Shown here one piece after another: positions 44,901 to 59,700 of a stretch of 64,000 bases of DNA. Positions within the stretch are counted from its first letter, which is position 1; the number at the start of each line of letters is the position of its first letter. The position numbers were made by a program, and so were the translations under genes. The notes beneath the pieces are model-generated. The model saw only the letters and a program-made list of their open reading frames with translations. It was not told the DNA's origin and did not search any database. This DNA is from Hydrolagus colliei (lineage: Eukaryota). The stretch lies in NCBI GenBank assembly GCA_035084275.1, contig CM068748.1, forward strand, positions 6,510,001 through 6,574,000. The letters run 5' to 3'.

Positions 44901-47900
44901 CGGATAAATAGGTTTCTACTGTAATGTAATGTGTCCAATACTGTGTACTGTAATATTACTGTTAAATTATTTGTATTCAACTAGAAGTTGCTCTAATATG
45001 AGTCACATTATGTTGCATATTTTCTCCCTTACCTTTGTTATCGCCACCACATACATATTAAATACAGACTTCTAACAGTTTTTATTAATACAATGTCTGG
45101 TAGTAATATTAACATAGTAATTCAATCTTAGTATTCTACTGGTGGAATGTTATCAGAATGCATATCTATGGCTCTTAGCTAACAGCTGTTATTTATTAGG
45201 AATTGAAAAAAAATAGAAAAGCAGAGATTCAGGTCACAATATATATATAAAGAACAATAATAAGACTGATGTCACCTTGGAGTAAGTGGGCCATGGAGCA
45301 GCAAAATCATTTGATACTGTATAAGGTCTATGATTTGAACACAATCTGCATGTATGAATAAATATTCATATTTATTAATTGGATAAAAATCTGATTTCTG
45401 AAAGGTATGTTTTTGCTGACACCAAAATAGTGGGGAAAGGAGAAAGGACTAATCTCACATCCTCTTTTTGTTTTTAAAAAAAGGATTCAATGTTGATAAT
45501 GTGATAAGTAGTGAAATATCAACAATTCGGCAAATTATTCAGCAAACACTGAAAACCAAATGGAAATGAAATGGAAACAAACTTATAATATAATCTTTTG
45601 CTCAGCAGAAACATAGGAAAAGCAAAGGCCATTCAGCCCAGCAAGCAAGTTTTGTTATTTTGTTTGACCATTGGCAGATATTTAAAACTTATTTCCTGCC
45701 TTTTCTCCATATTCTTGAATACCCTTACTTTACATATTGATCAATGTTCCTCTGATTGAGAGTACAATGAAACCATAGATCACATGTAATGTTATGGACA
45801 GTACTGTAAATATATCACCCGTTAAGATGAGTGACAAGCTTGCCGAATAAGTAATTATTTGAATATTCTTTTGACTGCATGAATATGAAAATATCTTCAG
45901 ATGTAGAATGCGCAATTTACATTTCCCCTCTTTTAAAAAAAATTGTTCCAAATCCTCAAAACAAATTTGTGATGAGCAAGAGTGCTCACTCCCCCAAAAG
46001 AGATTAAAAATACAACTAGACTGAGAATGTCTAAAATTTATTTTGGAAAGGATAGATACTTTGCTCTGTTGCTTGCAATGCATTAATTGCCTTTTCAACG
46101 TAAGCTAGAACAGGGCCAAAAGGAACAACTCTGATTTTTTCAGAGAGACAGTCAGAGCCAAATTACAACCATCAGCTCAATCAAAATCGTTTCAACTCAG
46201 AAAGTAATAAACCCAGAGCTTGATTTTACCCCCATATATCAGAATAGGCAGCATGTCTTAGAAGCAAATGTGAAACAAACAGCTAGATCATTTATTGAAG
46301 TCATACCCACCATAGTACAGTAATTACAGTGCTATTTCCACAAACTGTTTTGGTCTTAAAATAAAAGCGCAAGCTACACAGAATCATTGTAAAGGCAATG
46401 ATCCTGCTGTCAAATCTCATCACAAAACAAATGAACTGATTTTATAATGGGTTTCAAAAAAACAGTATGGTCAGGCATTCAATACCCTAGTGGTTCAAAA
46501 ATGCTGCCAGCTTCTATTTATTTTTATTTGTGTATTAGGTTTGTGAGCACAGTGATAATGTCAACTCTCTCAGAAACCATGTTTCGAAAGACATGTTCTC
46601 AGAAGCAATCAAATTGAATGTGTTTTTTTTAGATTTAGCAAAAGTGTAGATTTATCAAGAACAATAGACTTGAGTGAAAATGTCAAAAAAGTGTTAACTC
46701 TTCCAAAATATTACCTTTTGATCACTTTTAGTCTTATGGGTAAAAATGCATCTTCAAACCATTTTATTCTTAAATAGATCCTGTCATTTATGGAAGAGTA
46801 AACTGGTGAACCAAAGGGGTAAAATTCGTAGATTCACAGATATTACAAGTCATCATGCATATGATATGCACCCCTACCTCAAAGTCAACTATAATGGAAC
46901 ACTACATACAATTATGTAGTGAATTGGGAAAAAAAATGAGATTAGATAAAGTACATGTGCACCTTTATCTAAGATCTGCATCTTTTGTTTTGAACTCTTC
47001 TAGCTTGGACAAAAGAAAAAAAACATACATTTGATATAGTGCCTTACAGTATGGAAACAAGAAACATTGATTAAAATGAAAATATTTCAAAATGAAAAAG
47101 GTTATTTACAATTAGTTTGGCTCATTCAGTAATTAAATCAATAGCATAAGGAACAGTTTTTTCCCCCACGATACTTTTTCCCACAGTATATTGGGAAAGA
47201 GATTGACTTGTAGTTTTTAGAAATTATTCCAATTCCAGCAAATTTTACAGATTTAAAAAAAGCAACAATTTCAGCCTTACATCTCTGCAGCACGTGTATT
47301 AGATATAATCTAATTACAGGCAGTACTGCAAAACAAAAGAGGGTAAAATCTGAAAATATGTTAGCATACTAACAAAGTGCTGAATTTATTTGTTTAAGTC
47401 CTCTGGCACTGGTCATAACCCAAAATCTAATCATCTGATAATTAACTGCAGTAAAAATAAAAATGGCAGCTGCAATTAATTATCACCTCACTGTCTGCAC
47501 CACATGACATGCTCCTATGTATAAAACTAGATTCATAGCATAAGCTCCTCACACCACTGACAAGGTGTTTGAGCTTTCCTTTATCTGTGTGAAAGATGAT
47601 CAGAATTCACTCATTCTCTGCTGCTCATGACATGACATGTGCAAATTCCCATCCTGCTTCATCATAATTTAGCATCTAGTTTAACGAGTTAGTCATTTTA
47701 TCTGAATCTAGGAGCTTCTTAAGGTGTTGGTTCAATGCTAAATACTAAAGATTGTAAGTCCATCTTTTTGGGGTAACAAGCTTATTAATTCAAGTTTCCT
47801 TTTATAAATTATTGAAAATTATCCCCAGTGACACACATTAAATCCATGAAATCAGATGAGATTGAGATTCTTATTAGGTTAGCTGAAATAAAAGAACATT

Positions 47901-50738
47901 TGTAATATGAGAAATAAACATAAATTCATAGACTGTAAATTATGAACCACACCAGATAGATTATAATCTTCAGAATAGCAAAACAAGCCCTCTTTCAAAA
48001 CAGAAAATGTTGTAAGTAAACTCGACCAAGGACAGAATTTAACCAATGGTATTTCTCTTGTAAAACAATCATGTTCCTTAATAGCTCCCATTCTCAACTT
48101 CCATGCTCATACTAAATTTTTTTTTTTGAAATTATATACATCCACATTTAAGATGACAGCAAAATGACTTCAGCTTGACTATTTGGACATGAAAACAAAC
48201 TACTAAAACAGAAATACAAAAATAAATCTTATTGTTTTATTAGTCCAATTTTAGTAATGTATCCCAAATATATCATTTGGATACTAAATTAGAGAACAAG
48301 TCAAGTATTCTGTAGGAGAACAACTCTCGTTCTTCTACCATACTGGGTCAGCTCTGGGATTCAGCTTGTACAGCAATAATGCACTTACCCGTTTATCAAT
48401 GTCTCCATGCTGGAGCTGTACAAAGCGAGCACTGATAGCAGCAATGTAGCTCTGCTGATTGGAGAAAGCCACTCTGCCAGCACCCTTTGGATACTTCAAC
48501 TCAGGGTCTGTATCAATGCCAGCATAGCAAACACCTCCATACAGCCGATCCATGATCATAGCCAATTCAACTACAAGATAAAACATTGAAATCATAGAGC
48601 CAATTTATATAATTGTACACAACATCAAATGCAACTATAAAAGAGATGCAACATACATACTTATGATTGCTGCTCCCCCCACACACATATATAATATAAA
48701 TATATATATATACACAATATATATATATATAGATACAATAATATAAATGTAGAACAAATTGATATACACCACTGGCATCAAGCTATATGAATTCCATTCA
48801 CACAAACTCAAACATGCTGGGAACGTTCTTCAATCTCCCTTTATATTCTGCATTACAGACATTGATCAAATTGGGGAATAATGCAGAGTATCTTAACTCA
48901 CCAGCTCGAAGAGGTCTGGGAACTCCTCCTACAAAGATGGTCTTCCTGGGGTCCAGAGGTTGAGAACCATCCATCACAAAATCACTATCACTTAGGTTCC
49001 ATGGTCGAATTTGCACCTTTAAAGACAGACAGTCAAGAATTAGCTCTGCTCAGTTCCAGAAATAATTTAAGTGTAACATTTTTTTTAACTAATAATTATC
49101 TGCTATGCAATGGTCAGTTCAGCTTTTAATATTGGGAGATAATATGCTAATTTATACAACAGTTTGTACTACTCAGTCAGCACATGTTCGTATTTCAACA
49201 GAAAATAAATCTAAAAACAGAAATAATAAAATGTTTCAATTTTCTTAGTCAAAATAACAAGGTTTGCTTTACTGCAAACCTCTGAGACACAAAATAATGT
49301 TGGAAACTGCTTGTGTAAGACTAAATATCAGGCGCCATTGTCTGTTTGGTTTCATTTTCTGGAAAACCAGGGATTAGGGTATGATTAGCACAAAAAAGCT
49401 GATACAGTGATCACCTACAGGAAACAAACACCATGTTGCATTGCATTTTGCTCATGTCACTGGAAGCTCTGTTCACAAAGGCTTAATCAAGTAGCTCAGC
49501 CTTTGTTTCCAGGTTCCCCAAACTCAACCTTTCAATGCTACTAAATATAAAAGCTCCACTTGTAAATGAATCATTGAAATTATATATCACACATTTTGGA
49601 TTACAGTTTTGGAGGGGAGAGCACAGCAAAGGATGGAGAAAAAAAAGCAACCTGAATAATTTGAGTCTAGCAACTTAGGAAATGACAAAGGGAACAGATG
49701 GTTAGCAGCAACATACAGGATCTCCATTTACCGGTTTATCCTTGATAGTGGGGCTTGAAACACACAGGTATAGCTTCCCATCTTCTTCAATACATGCATC
49801 TATTAGAGCTTGCACAGAGCTTTCCTCTTGGAACAGCAGGAAGGCATAGCCTGAGTATGAAGGAAATCACAAAGAAAAGCATTAAACCAGCTGTGAATGA
49901 GACAAGACTAAATTACACTGTGCAATTTATTGCAAATTTTGAAGATGGATGGTCAGATGGATTTTGCAGCTTTACTAAATTCAAGGCGCAAAACAATTTC
50001 TTGGCTTTAGCTTTGGATTTATGGCAAGTAATAAAATTAAGATATGCTTGAACTTGGGGACTTACCTACAGCTTTTAATTATACTCAATAGTGCTGCTCC
50101 ACACAAACTAATCTTCCCTTCAGCAATTCAGTGTTTGAAGGAAAAAAAACAGGCAATTTCTGTCAAGTGAGGACTGCTTTTCGTTGGCAAATGAGGAAGG
50201 AACTTGTACCAGTAAGATCCTTTGATTTTGTACTTACTTAGTACTTTATTACTAAGATTTAGTACATAGAACACTAAAATTAGAATATTCCAAAAGAAAA
50301 AAACCCCAGTGATTCTATACTTAGAAGTCAAATTTTCCAATAATCAAAATGGCCCTAGCATTCTTGGGCAAAAAGTTTGTAGTTAGAGGCCTTGAAGGCA
50401 ATAGAATAATAATCCTTGCACTTGGAATAATGCGTTATCATGTTGTTAAGATGTCCTGAAGCACTTCATAGAATATATTGTATGGTGGAATAGCTGTGTA
50501 TTCGAAACGTACACAACAGTGTCCCAAAATTGGGTTGAGTGACCACATTTTTTTGGTGGAGAGATTACCATCCCTGGAAAATGGTCCACCAATCGACTAA
50601 AAAACAGGTTCCTACTTACTGCTAGGTAAATGGAGGCATGTAGAGTTAGGAAACTTGGCCAGGATTTCGTCCCGTTCGGGAATTGAACCCGGGTCCTCAT
50701 GCTTGTGAGGTGAAAACACGAACCATTGCGCTATGGGA

Positions 50739-50777
<39 letters not shown>

Positions 50778-53700
50778 GAGAGAGAGAGAGAGAAGAAAAG
50801 GGGCAACAAACTATAACATTATAAATAACCAAAAACAGCCACAATCCAAAATGAGATTTGCAAGCACAAGCCAACCCATAGCAACCTAATGGCAAATTCA
50901 ACCAAACGAGAATTTTGATCTTAACTATTTCTGGTGAAGCACCAGTTATGTTTTCCCAACAGATTTCTCATTCCCTAAAAACGATATACAGTATTTAGAT
51001 TCAGTGGTGAACTTTGTATGCTTCGATGTTATGCTTCTTGTTACAGCTTCCTTTTCAAAAACAATATTTTACTTCCTTCCACGATTTGTCCTGCGCTTTA
51101 CATTATTGCTTCATTGTGCTTGTACCAAGGACATTACATTTCAATAAAAAAATTTCAGTATGGTAACGTTGCTGACATTTCCTATGTTCACCAAGGTCAG
51201 GGATTCTTGCAATTCATATTATTTAGTACAGCTAATCATTTAATAATGAACATCATTTCATGGTGCAGAGGATCACATGCTGCAAAATGGTAGCTTCATA
51301 AACACAATGACACATTTATAGCAAATAAATAAGTCTATTTTAGTGAGCTAGACAGAGGGAAATTTCAAAATTTCATCTTCTGCCAATTGATCACAGAACA
51401 CCATGGACAACAGTCACTGAGTGAAACTACTACAGTACTAGCCCATCATTGTTACAGATCACAGATGCTGATAAACATTTAGGTAAATGAAAAAAACTCC
51501 CAATATGTTACAACCTAGGCCCAAAGTCATAGCATCTTCACACAATAAGTTCCTAATCACAGATAAAATGACATTTTGTGGCGATGAGTGAACAGAATCT
51601 AAGCATTTTGGTGGTAGTAGTGTATTTGGAATCTGACAGCCACTCTCTGTAGTATGAAAACGCAATTTGTACTCAGTGTGTGGTACATTTGGGAGTACAG
51701 TATTCAGGAATTATCAACAATGCAGTTTGGAATACGTACGGCATCTGTATGTAGATGTGGTCCATCCCATTAATGAGAAAGCACCATGTTTGTTTAAGAG
51801 ATGATAGCAACCAATAAAAAAAATTCAGCATAAATACAGTACAGTACTTTCTTAGCTGAATCAGCACCAAACTAAGATTGTTGACACAGTCTAGAATACA
51901 CCAAACAACTTTCTTTAATAATGCGACTTCATCTAAACTTCTAATCATGTCAGAAGTTCGAAGTAGCCATTTTATTATTTGATTTTAAATTCCTATTTTT
52001 TATGTTAACATTGAAACCAACTCTACATGTTCAATTTGAAACAATGACACCTACCCAACCAGTAAGGCATTAGTCACGCGGAGTTGTCCCTCACTGTGCT
52101 TCTATCCTGCTGTTGAACTGCACTGCTTCCTCTCTTCACATCTCCCTTCACTACCTTACTTTCTGTATTTCCATCTTTGATTGTGTAAATAACATGCATG
52201 TTATTCACTTCTGAAAACAGAAATACTAGAGTACACTAAATTATGATCATATGCCATCAATTAAATGAGGCTTATTGGTTAAAAAAAAATGCAGTTAAAC
52301 ATAGATAGCCCCGCAAAATCATACGGTTTTACTATTCCTATTTCAAAATTGCTGGTAAACAACTTAAATTTTTTTTTTGCATACATCTTTTCTAAGTTTT
52401 TATACATTCTCTCTACAAAGGTGTGACTTACCAGACTTTTGCCAATGATGCCAGTAACTAGAAACCATATCCTTTTTATTTCTTTTATGAAAATACCCTC
52501 CCTCCATCTTGAACTTCGTTCAACAACAACCTGTACTTATATAGCATCCTCCACGCAGGGTTGCATCTCAGAACGCTAAACAGTGGTCGAGTCTGACTCT
52601 GAGCCAGTAGGGTAGGGGGTGAGGAACTCATAAGTACGGTTGAAAAGGAAGGGTTTCAGGTGGCACTTGAAAAAGGAGACAGAGAGAGGACAAGGCGGAG
52701 GAATTGAGAGAAATTAAATCTGCATTTCCAAAGCTGTTTTACTTTTCTTCTCCCTAATTTGGAAACATCTGGTACAGAATATATGGATTTGTATCCTTCA
52801 TTTTAAATATATGTTCAAAAATACATTTACACAACTAAGTTATTCCATGAAAGTAAAATTGACATTCAGCAACACTGTCCGATAAGAAATTCTCCAAAGC
52901 GAAATAAGCAGTCAAGTCTTTAGCTGCAGGGCTATGCAAAAGATAGGCAGTTATTTATGGGGAAAATACAAATAGATGCAGAAAAGGCTGGGTTACCGAG
53001 CCTGCTTCCTGGTTTGATTAATTATCTGGCTTCACATGCATGATGAGACTTGCAACACGACTGACTTCCACAAATGAATAATAATAATCCTTACATTTGA
53101 TATAGCGTTTTTCACGTCTTCTAGACGTCTCAAAGCGCTTCACAGAATATACTGTAAAGTGAATTGACTGTATATTTGTGGACGAAATGCGGCAGCCAAT
53201 TGCGTACAGCAATGTCCCACAAACATTCATGGATTGAAATGCCCATTTTTATTTTGAGGGATTATTATTAGGCGTGTGGAGTAAGGAAACTTGCCCAAGG
53301 TTTCACCCTGCCTGGATTCAAACACAGGTCTCACGCTTGTAAGATGAAACTATGATGCAAGCACATCACCTGGAGTGACAGTTTATGGTGAATTTGCGTC
53401 AAAGTTTGTGAATTTGCCTCAGTTGTGTTTGGTGCTGAAACCACTAACAAACCTGGGTTGTAGAGCAAAAAATCGTCGTGGAGGCTGACAACACTCTCAG
53501 CAGTCACCACAAGCTCAGTTTCTAGTGGCAAACACCACACATGGAATGTACAGCATCATCACACGTGTAAATGTCTGTCAATATCAATCCCACTTTCAGC
53601 AACATGAATGTTTATCAGCCAGAAGTAGTGACATTGTGGATAAGTTGCTGGTCTGGAAGCAACCGAGAAACAAAATCACATCTTTCAACTTTCAGTAAAA

Positions 53701-56700
53701 AGGGGTGATCAATTAACACACAGCTGGAACCCCAAATTAATTGCAATTACACCACTGTAAAACTCAAGTAAGTCGCTTCAATGAGGACTATTGCATTTAA
53801 TACGACGTACCCAAAGGCAAGTCAGAGGCAAATGTGTTTAAATTGTCTAATATCCGATGAAATCGATAATTCAATTAAATCAATAATCTATACTACTCGC
53901 GTATCTTAATCCGTCGCTGTATGTGCACTTAATGGCAAGCACTGGAATTGCATTCATGGAAATTAAGTTCTTCTGCGCATGTGGCGGCAGATCAAGGCTA
54001 CCCGCGATTCGATGCTGCCAGCCGGTAAGTGCAGACGCTTCAATGTCATTTCCCGCGACTTAATGCAGTCGGTAAATGCAGAGGTTACAAGAGAGGAGAT
54101 GATTTGCTGCCAAATACAACTGGTACAAAGAAACCCAAGTGGCTCTGAAAGGAAACTGAATGGGACTCAGTTGCATGTACGAATTAGGCGATGACACGAT
54201 TTGTAAAGGTTTACTGTTAAGTCCACAGCTAACAAAGTAAAATTTGTATTCATACAATGGATAAACATTCCTGGTTATTAAGCTAGGTCACCAGCCACAT
54301 CCTGACTTTTCCATAAGATGTGGATATCATTAATAAACATTGCAGTCATTTAACAGCTTGTACCTTCAGTCTCCAGCATCTCACTGACAGCAAGAGACAT
54401 TCTGTCCAATGGTAATTGTGTTAATTTAATCCACAGTGGCTATAATAAATAATTGTATGTTGAAACCATCAGCATATTCAACAGACTTGGATTGCCTGCT
54501 TGATTAGGTGATCCAATTTAAATTTCTCATTTAAGAGGAATATATTAATACACAGAGAAGGCTGCAATGCTCAATACATAATGCGTCGAGGAATCACATG
54601 ACCCAGCAGCTTTCGTCAGTATTCCAGATTGTCACAGCAGGGTTCCAGATGGTAGCCAGGGCTGAATTTCCAATGAAACACCATAATATTTGGCAGTGTT
54701 TGCTATTCAATTCTCAAAGAAACCAACTTCAAACCTTGGCACATCTCAGTTATGAACTGTAATCACCCCAGCAGTATTGCCTAACTGGTGTCTCCTTTCA
54801 AAAGTCACAGTTAATTTAAATTATGAAACTGAACGATCACCAGTAGTAGTCGTGATCAATAATCCATCTTCTTGACTGGTACTGTATATAGTTTTCTCTA
54901 TCTAGTCTTCTAGGGCAAGATTATTTCTTGAAATTTCGCAGATCAAATAGAGAATTCCGAATGCAATCTTTCAAATCAGTTGCTTTGATAATGAAGTCAC
55001 AATCTCCATTCAGAGAAGCTGCATGTGACCATCTCTAAACAGAGAAAAACAACAATCATATTGACATTGGAACAGATTTTCATTGACCTACATGCACCTG
55101 TTTGGGCCATCAGCTGACACTGAAGCTCTGCATTGTACCAGTGGTATATCAAAACGCATTAATCCAAGCACTGCAACATTACATGTTGAAGAACTCAGCA
55201 GCTACGACAATACAGCACTTTGAGAAATTGGGAAGAGCTGGGTTGATGGCCTGCTCTAAACGTTTTCCAATAATAGTCTAGAGCTGGGTATAGATGATGG
55301 AATGAGTATACTGACTTGAATTTTTTTTTTTCCAATTACATAAAGCTTCATCATTCTTAAATGTTTAACAGGTACCTCAAACTCTCAATTCTAGTGTGGA
55401 ATATATACTGCACGACTTCTCTGAAAGGATGACAACTGCATTCTCCACATAAACGTTTAATTGAAGCGAAGCTTTTGATTTGCAACAACAATGTTGATTA
55501 TAGTTTACATACAGAATTACTGGGCAATTCCCATTTAGGTTAATCTGCAACAAGCTAGTCAGTTTAACTACTCACTTTATTTCAATGGAGCATGAAATCT
55601 TAATGTCACTAATTTCAAAAACAAGCCTTTTGAATTTTAAATCTTATAAGCTGAAATAGCAAGTTACTCAAAGTACACTGACACCATGAACAGTAACCAT
55701 ATTAGTTTATGAAATCTAACATGCTTCGTAAAGAATAAAACAGTTTGAATAGAAGAAGCTTGGGTCCCACAAATGCACAAATGTCCCATTTCCACTTCAA
55801 AGCAGGTTCTCAAATGTATCCAGAAAGAGATAATGTGGTATTCCTACATACAGCCAATTAGTCCCATTTGGCTTCATGATCGCAATACTAAACAACACTG
55901 CAGGTCGGTGACAGAAGCACAAGCCTTTAATCTTCCCATTTATCTCTAGGGATGAAAGAAAGCAGTGCAGTGACCTGAAGTTACTACATTACTGTCCCTT
56001 CTCCACGCCTACATAATTGGATTGAAGAGATCCAAAGTCAGCCGAGACACAAATGGTGCCAAGCAAACATCAACAGACAAGATCATAATTCTTAATTTCA
56101 AATAAACTCCAAATTAGCACTTTATACAACTGATTGGTATTATCTACATTGTGAAATATTGTAGATCCTAAAACATCATATGCTTTTTAAAAACATAGAA
56201 TACATTTCTGTACTTTACTAAATATTTAGAAAAATATTTTCTTCATAATCAAAGTTCCATTAACTTGACAAGATTGTGTAATGAAGTCATAATATCTTAA
56301 AATGTGATGTTTTTCCCTAGTCAGTTTTCCGGATAGGTTCAGATTCTAGAATAGGCAACAGAGCAAATGATTCATTTTGACAGACTGAAAGAAAATAACC
56401 ATCTTCCACATGGTAATCTCCTCATTTAAAAAACAAAATTATCTTGAAATTTTTATCACAACATAATTTCAGTTGATGCAATCAAGATTACAACAACTAG
56501 ATTGTATAAACTTTGAAGTATAAGTTTCAAAACAGGGCCCATTGCTCTTCAAGATTAAAGCCACTAATAAACGTAAATTAAATCTGCACAAAACAATTTG
56601 AAAGAAATGAAAGAAACTAAAGCGTTATTTAAAGCTTAATTGAATCACAAATCTGGTTGAAAAAATCAGTGAAAAGCTTTAATCAGCTGTGTATATATAC

Positions 56701-59700
56701 TATATTACTGGGATGAGAAAGTCAGGCAGTAACTTCAGAAGGTCAGTGAAAATATCATCCATATCAACAGACCTGTTGCTTACCCAGCAATATACTTACA
56801 AGCAGCAAAGCCAGCCAAAATGTTACACTCCTGTAGATTTAGGGAACTAATAAGGAATCATGTGGTTTACCATGATTAGTATCTTATGAACATCTTATTA
56901 ACACTTTAATTCCCTGGCCCTCCTATATTTCCCTAGCGACCTACAATAACCTTGGGTTTCATTAAAAATTCAAAACTGTGCAGGGAAACACTTTATCCTA
57001 GGATGGCAATCTGGGTGTCTGCAATGCAAATTATAAGCATGTGACTGAACAGAAGCTTCAAAGTTCGAAAGCCATTTGGACATCTGTGTGTCAGATGTAG
57101 AGGTTGGAAGCATGCATGCAATTCAACACTCTGCAGGCAAGCTTCACTATTTTAGCCACATTGGAAATGCTATGAATTGTTTCTACTCAACCCTGAATAA
57201 CCTGAAGCACCGACAGACCATCATATCAGAAATGTAATCATGTTAACACACAATAAATCATAAGAATTTTGTGCAGGCTTAACACAGTCAATCACCAATA
57301 TTCACAAAGCATTCAATGGCAGACTTAAGTAACAGTTAGCTCTATTCATGACATTTGTCATCTGGTAGCAGTTCACTGAGTGCAAGTGCATGTCTTTATT
57401 TAATAGCATGTCAGCTGGAATAAACCTAATGCACTCAGAAGTTTTTAAAAATATATATTATTGAGGACTAGATTGAGAGAAGGCTAGTGCTTGAGATACT
57501 ATTCTAAAAAGATTCAATGACACGCTCTGGAATATTATTCACCATATAAATACAGAAGTTTATCACTGTATTAATATTACAGTCATTAAATTTTAAAATA
57601 TTACTCCTGTTCCATAAGCTTTCTGAATGAAAGCATTCCTGCATGACAATAAAACATGCAGAACCTGAATCCTCTAATGGATTTTAACAGGACTGAACAC
57701 AGTTATAAATAATCCAGATCATTTGGGACTATCTGTCCATACATCCTCCCATTTTAAATTAGCAACATTAGCAACTGGTGACTATGGTAGAAATTGCTTT
57801 CCACATCACATTCATCACCAGAATAGAATATTGCATTGCATTTCAGTCTCTAATTACCAAATGGAAATCCTCATCCAAAACCTTCTGATAACCTCGATTG
57901 AAATGCCTGGCATTGTACCACTGATAGGTATGAGTTCATCAACCAATATATTGGTAAACTTAACTTTAATTTCACAAGATAAAACCATTTTTGTATTCCA
58001 ATATTTCCCGAACAACCAATGAGGAGCACTATCCAACAAATGCCACATTATAGCCTAGTCATATGCCTAATGAAATCAAACTGCTTGCACACATTTAGAA
58101 TTTGAAAAATTCACATCTCGTGTGTTGAAGTAATGGTGGCACTAAACCCTGGGAATGCCCGCCATTGGCAATAGCAGAGCCTAAGTGGTATGTATGTAAA
58201 CCACAGGTGTAGGCAAGTTTATTTCACAACCAGACAACCACAGCAATACATGTTCCAGCAAGAGTCATGGGAATAAGAGTAAGAATTACTAGCAAATTTT
58301 CTTTCGAAGACCAGGGACACAAAGGTCAATGCATATCCTACTGCTGCCCAATGCAACACAAGCTAATGCAGAGAGAAAAAAAACATGACCAGAAGCGTTA
58401 CTTCTCAGAATGACACCAGACAGTACCGGTCTTGTTCCACACAATGACCTTCTTAGTAATTAATTTGCATTTTAGAAACTTCTAAGTTTCCCCAAGATTT
58501 GAAAATTTGAAGCCATCAATTAGAAGTGCACATACAACTTTACTGTTTTTATTCTCATCTTAAAATTGTAGTCAAATTACTGGGGGTTTTAAAATCATAC
58601 AATTAAGCACTTACCTTTGGGTGGAAAATATGATTTGCTTTCGGCTTTGTGAGGCCAGTCGACCACGAGGGGTCCAAATCGACGAAAACTAGCAGTGATT
58701 TCATCTATCAGAGAATCAAGTATTTCAGAGTTGTATAACAAAAGTAGCAAAATCAATGAAAGTATAAATACTGCTTGATATGAAGTATTTATTTCAAATA
58801 ATTCTACCTTCATCAATGTCCGGAGGAAGACCTCCTACAAAGACCTTTCGGGAGTAACGTTCCACCCTCTCACCATTCTGACAGCGGGTTGGAGAGTTCA
58901 AACCAGAAGTCAGAGACTGATCACCGTGACCATCATCAAGGAAACCATCTTCAATAGGAAAGAGTGATGAACGGCCTGAAAAACAGTTTAAACTTCTATC
59001 TAGTGAAAAGGAAGCAAAATGTTCTTTATTGTAATATGAAATGTGCGGAGAAGACCTAATGTAATCAATAACATATTCGAGGCAGAATTCACACAGCAAT
59101 TGTCAATGTTGCTGTAAGATGAACAAGGCATATATGCAACTCACGACGTTTTACAAAAACAAAAAGTGGAATGGTTGAGCTTAAAGGTTCAGTGTAATTT
59201 CATATTATACACTGCATTCAATAATATTAGTAATGCAAATTACATGAGCATACGGTAATTGTTTTTAAGAGAAGAAATATTTTTTATTTGCTGCCCCCAA
59301 GAAAGGAGGGAGAAGATTCTGCAATTTACAGTCAAACGATTATATGAACTCAACTTATTTAATGGAATAGCCTTGTATAGCCTTATGCAAGGCTATTCGA
59401 TTCTCAATTAGGACAAATAATGTTACGGAAAACATTTTAACAATAAATGCAAATAAGTTACATGTATGAAAGCTAGTTACAATCTTTGTAAGTTTAGTCT
59501 TGATGGATTAAACAATTAAAAAATATATACCGGTAAGCAGTTTAAAGTTATGATCAAAATGCAGATGATTTTAAGATAATTACTTCACTATTCATACTGA
59601 CACTGTACAGGTTATTACTGTAACTAGGACAGTCTTCCTTAATTCTAGGACCTGCATTCCTTATTTTAAAGCTATGTTTAGATTGATTCTAAATGAACTA

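Noticed and set aside
54930-54965. Short resemblance (TTCGCAGAT...AGAAT) to the reverse complement of the mammalian CPEB3 ribozyme P4/J4-2
   Set aside because: Only ~9 nt match; there is no P4 pairing and no adjacent P1/P3/L3, so it is consistent with chance.
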